A DNA stretch of 64,000 nt from an uncultured delta proteobacterium (GTDB taxonomy: Bacteria > Myxococcota_A > Polyangia > Fen-1088): positions 384,001 through 448,000 of the forward strand of contig CAVTRY010000011.1 in NCBI GenBank assembly GCA_963737265.1, written 5' to 3'. The first letter of the stretch is position 1. The number at the start of each line of letters is the position of its first letter. This document shows positions 61,690 to 64,000 of the stretch, in pieces. The notes beneath the pieces were generated by a model. The model was given only the letters and a program-made list of their open reading frames with translations. It was not told the origin of the DNA and did no database searches. The position numbers were made by a program, and so were the translations under genes.

Positions 61690-63054
61690 ATGTTCGAGCT
61701 GCACGCGATTCCCGACGACGTTCTAGCAATCCTTGGCCGCCTTCAGGGCGCAGGGCACGCCGCCTTCGTCGTGGGTGGCAGCGTGCGCGATCTGTTGCTG
61801 GGCCGGCCGCCGGGCGACTTCGACGTCGCCACCAGCGCGCACCCCGAGGTGGTTCTGGAAATTTTCGGTTCGCGCTTCGCCGTCCCAACCGGTCTTCAAC
61901 ATGGAACCGTGACGGTGCTGGCGGGTGAACCTCCCACCCAGCGCCACGTCGAAGTCACAACCTTTCGCGGCGAGGGCGCCTATCTCGACGGCCGCCGCCC
62001 GTCTACGGTTACCTTCAGCGCGACGCTGGACGAGGACTTGTCTCGTCGCGATTTCACCATGAACGCCATCGCCTACGATCCAACGACCGGCTTCCTCATC
62101 GACCCATTCGACGGCCAGGGCGATATCGGCCGCAAGATCGTCCGCACCGTCGGCGATCCCGTCTTGCGCTTCACCGACGATGGCTTGCGTCCCATGCGCG
62201 CCGTACGCCAGGCAACCCAGCTCTCCTTCACCATCGACGCGGCAACGCAAGCGGCGATCGGCGAGACGCTGGGCTCGTTTCGCAAGGTTTCCGCCGAGCG
62301 CATCCGCGACGAGCTGCGCAAGCTGCTTTTGGCGCCGCGCCCATCGCGAGGCATCGAAATCATGCGCCAGACCGGACTGCTGGCCGAGGTCCTACCCGAG
62401 CTTCTTCCCGCCGTCGGTTGCGTGCAGAACCGCTTCCACAAGCACGACGTTTATTCGCACATCCTGGCCACGGTGGACGCGGCGATTCCGGACTTTATCG
62501 TGCGCATGGCCGCGCTTCTGCACGACCTTGGCAAGCCACGGACGCAGGCCCCGCGCGAGGATTCGCCAGGCGAATTCACCTTCTATCGCCACGAACAGAT
62601 CGGCACGGAGATGGCGGAAGCGATTGGACTGCGCTTACGCCTGTCGACCGCCGAGCGCAACACCATCTGCTCGCTTGTCAGCGGCCATATGTTTTTCTAT
62701 CGGCCGGACTGGACCGATGGCACGGTTCGCCGCTTCGTGCGGCGGATAGGTCCCGACCTGGTTCCTCTGCTGTTCGCCCTGCGCGAGGCGGACATCGCCA
62801 GCCGCGGCCAGGGCGAAGACCCGCAATCCGAGACACGCCCGCTGCGCGAACGGATCGAACAGGTGATGGTCGCGGACGCGGCCCTGCGCGTGACCGATTT
62901 GGCCATCGACGGGAAGGATGTCATGCGCTGCTTGAATATTCCGCCCAGCCGCCGCGTGGGCGAGGTACTGGAACAACTGCTCGAACGGGTGCTGGACGAT
63001 CCCCGGCTCAACAACCGAGAAGCACTCGAACGCCTGGTGCGCACGCCGAGTTAG
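61690..63054 (+). CDS. cca: CCA tRNA nucleotidyltransferase / poly(A) polymerase family with HD domain
   Basis: VGGSVRD, DFDVAT, DLSRRDFTMNA, LLHDLGK. Confidence 0.88.
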   Translation: MFELHAIPDDVLAILGRLQGAGHAAFVVGGSVRDLLLGRPPGDFDVATSAHPEVVLEIFGSRFAVPTGLQHGTVTVLAGEPPTQRHVEVTTFRGEGAYLDGRRPSTVTFSATLDEDLSRRDFTMNAIAYDPTTGFLIDPFDGQGDIGRKIVRTVGDPVLRFTDDGLRPMRAVRQATQLSFTIDAATQAAIGETLGSFRKVSAERIRDELRKLLLAPRPSRGIEIMRQTGLLAEVLPELLPAVGCVQNRFHKHDVYSHILATVDAAIPDFIVRMAALLHDLGKPRTQAPREDSPGEFTFYRHEQIGTEMAEAIGLRLRLSTAERNTICSLVSGHMFFYRPDWTDGTVRRFVRRIGPDLVPLLFALREADIASRGQGEDPQSETRPLRERIEQVMVADAALRVTDLAIDGKDVMRCLNIPPSRRVGEVLEQLLERVLDDPRLNNREALERLVRTPS

Positions 63055-63059
63055 CGTCC

Positions 63060-63725
63060 TTAGCGGCGCAGCAGGATCTGGGCTACTTCCTCGAACGACT
63101 TGTACTGGATGGGCGGTGCCGACAACGGCACGCGCGTGCCCAAGAGATCGGGACGAGGCACCACGCGACTGTGATCGAGGCCAAGCTGCGCGAACGTGAT
63201 GGTCTCGACGCCCGGACGGGAGGAGTGGCTGGCGACGGGCGCCGCGTAGGGCGCGATGGAGGTCGAGAGCACGAGGGGCAGGGCCATTTCGATCCGATTC
63301 ATTCGCCCACCCGCGCGAACCGTCAGCACCACGGCATCGTCCACGGCCGTCGACTGTTCGACATTTTGAACGCGCGTCACGATAGGGGATCCAAGGTGGT
63401 GGGCAAGCGCCGCGGGCACCAATCCCTGACCTTCATGGTCCGAATGTTCCCCGGCGATGATCAGGGTCGCCTCGATGTGACGAGCGGCTTCGGCGAGGAC
63501 CATTCCCAGGGTGAAGAAATCGGCGCGATCGAGCGCCGGCTCATCGAACTGAATCACCCGGTGCACACCACCTTGGCGGGCCAGTTCGAGCGAGGCGCTC
63601 GCCACCGGACCGCCGGCGGAGAGAGCCACGATTTGGGCATTTGCTGCCAGCTGCCTGGCCAGGCTCAGCGCCGCGTGGCTGGCCCGACTCGGTTCGGGCG
63701 ATTCCAGGCAAACCAGGACGATCAC
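63060..63725 (-). CDS. Electron transfer flavoprotein beta-like protein (divergent)
   Basis: LIIAGEHSDHEGQGLVPAALAHHLG resembles the EtfB AMP-binding loop. Confidence 0.6.
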   Translation of the reverse strand: MIVLVCLESPEPSRASHAALSLARQLAANAQIVALSAGGPVASASLELARQGGVHRVIQFDEPALDRADFFTLGMVLAEAARHIEATLIIAGEHSDHEGQGLVPAALAHHLGSPIVTRVQNVEQSTAVDDAVVLTVRAGGRMNRIEMALPLVLSTSIAPYAAPVASHSSRPGVETITFAQLGLDHSRVVPRPDLLGTRVPLSAPPIQYKSFEEVAQILLRR

Positions 63726-64000
63726 GAGGTCACCTTGGTGCGCGCGCGCCGAGCGCGCCGTGCACGATCGATCGCCGCGGCCAAATCCTCAATCGCCGCC
63801 GCTGACCCGCGGCCAGGCAGTCCCGCGCGCGTGACTTCCGCCCCCGGTGCCTGGGAAGGAAGGTAAACGTCGCCCGCCCTGGCGGCGGAAGCGACGATGA
63901 CTATCGCGCTCGGGCTTGCCGCATGCAACGAGACTGGCGTCGCTTCCCCATCAACAACCAGGACCGTCTCGGGCGGGAGATCGGCGCGCAGCGCGGATTG
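63722..64000 (-). CDS. 3' end of a hypothetical protein (possibly EtfA-like), truncated by the window edge
   Basis: Open frame to the window edge; stop overlaps the start of the EtfB-like gene (ATGA). Confidence 0.4.
   Translation of the reverse strand, partial: QSALRADLPPETVLVVDGEATPVSLHAASPSAIVIVASAARAGDVYLPSQAPGAEVTRAGLPGRGSAAAIEDLAAAIDRARRARRARTKVTS

Overview
High-GC bacterial chromosome segment, most consistent with Myxococcota/Polyangia (BacNOP-type bactofilin triplet, AgmX-like and PilZ proteins, Cys-rich 'DGG' lipoproteins, Ser/Thr kinase). The backbone carries housekeeping genes (dnaA, coaBC, udg, purF, mgtA, xth, clsB, infA, htrA, rnc, cca). About 15.8-36.6 kb is accessory. It holds two convergent, decaying surface-lipoprotein genes, a metzincin-like/lipoprotein pair and a defence island bounded by a 5' tRNA-Leu fragment. 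In that island a type III mod-res pair has had its middle replaced by a BsuBI/PstI-like type II R-M cassette, next to HTH-ImmA/PIN and SNF2/SWIM pairs. The most unusual signal is a family of structured ~78-bp double-hairpin repeats that occurs as an intergenic tandem array and as frame-preserving 78-bp and 126-bp insertions inside two protein-coding genes, with compensatory stem changes between copies. All product calls come from motif recognition by eye; no searches were run.
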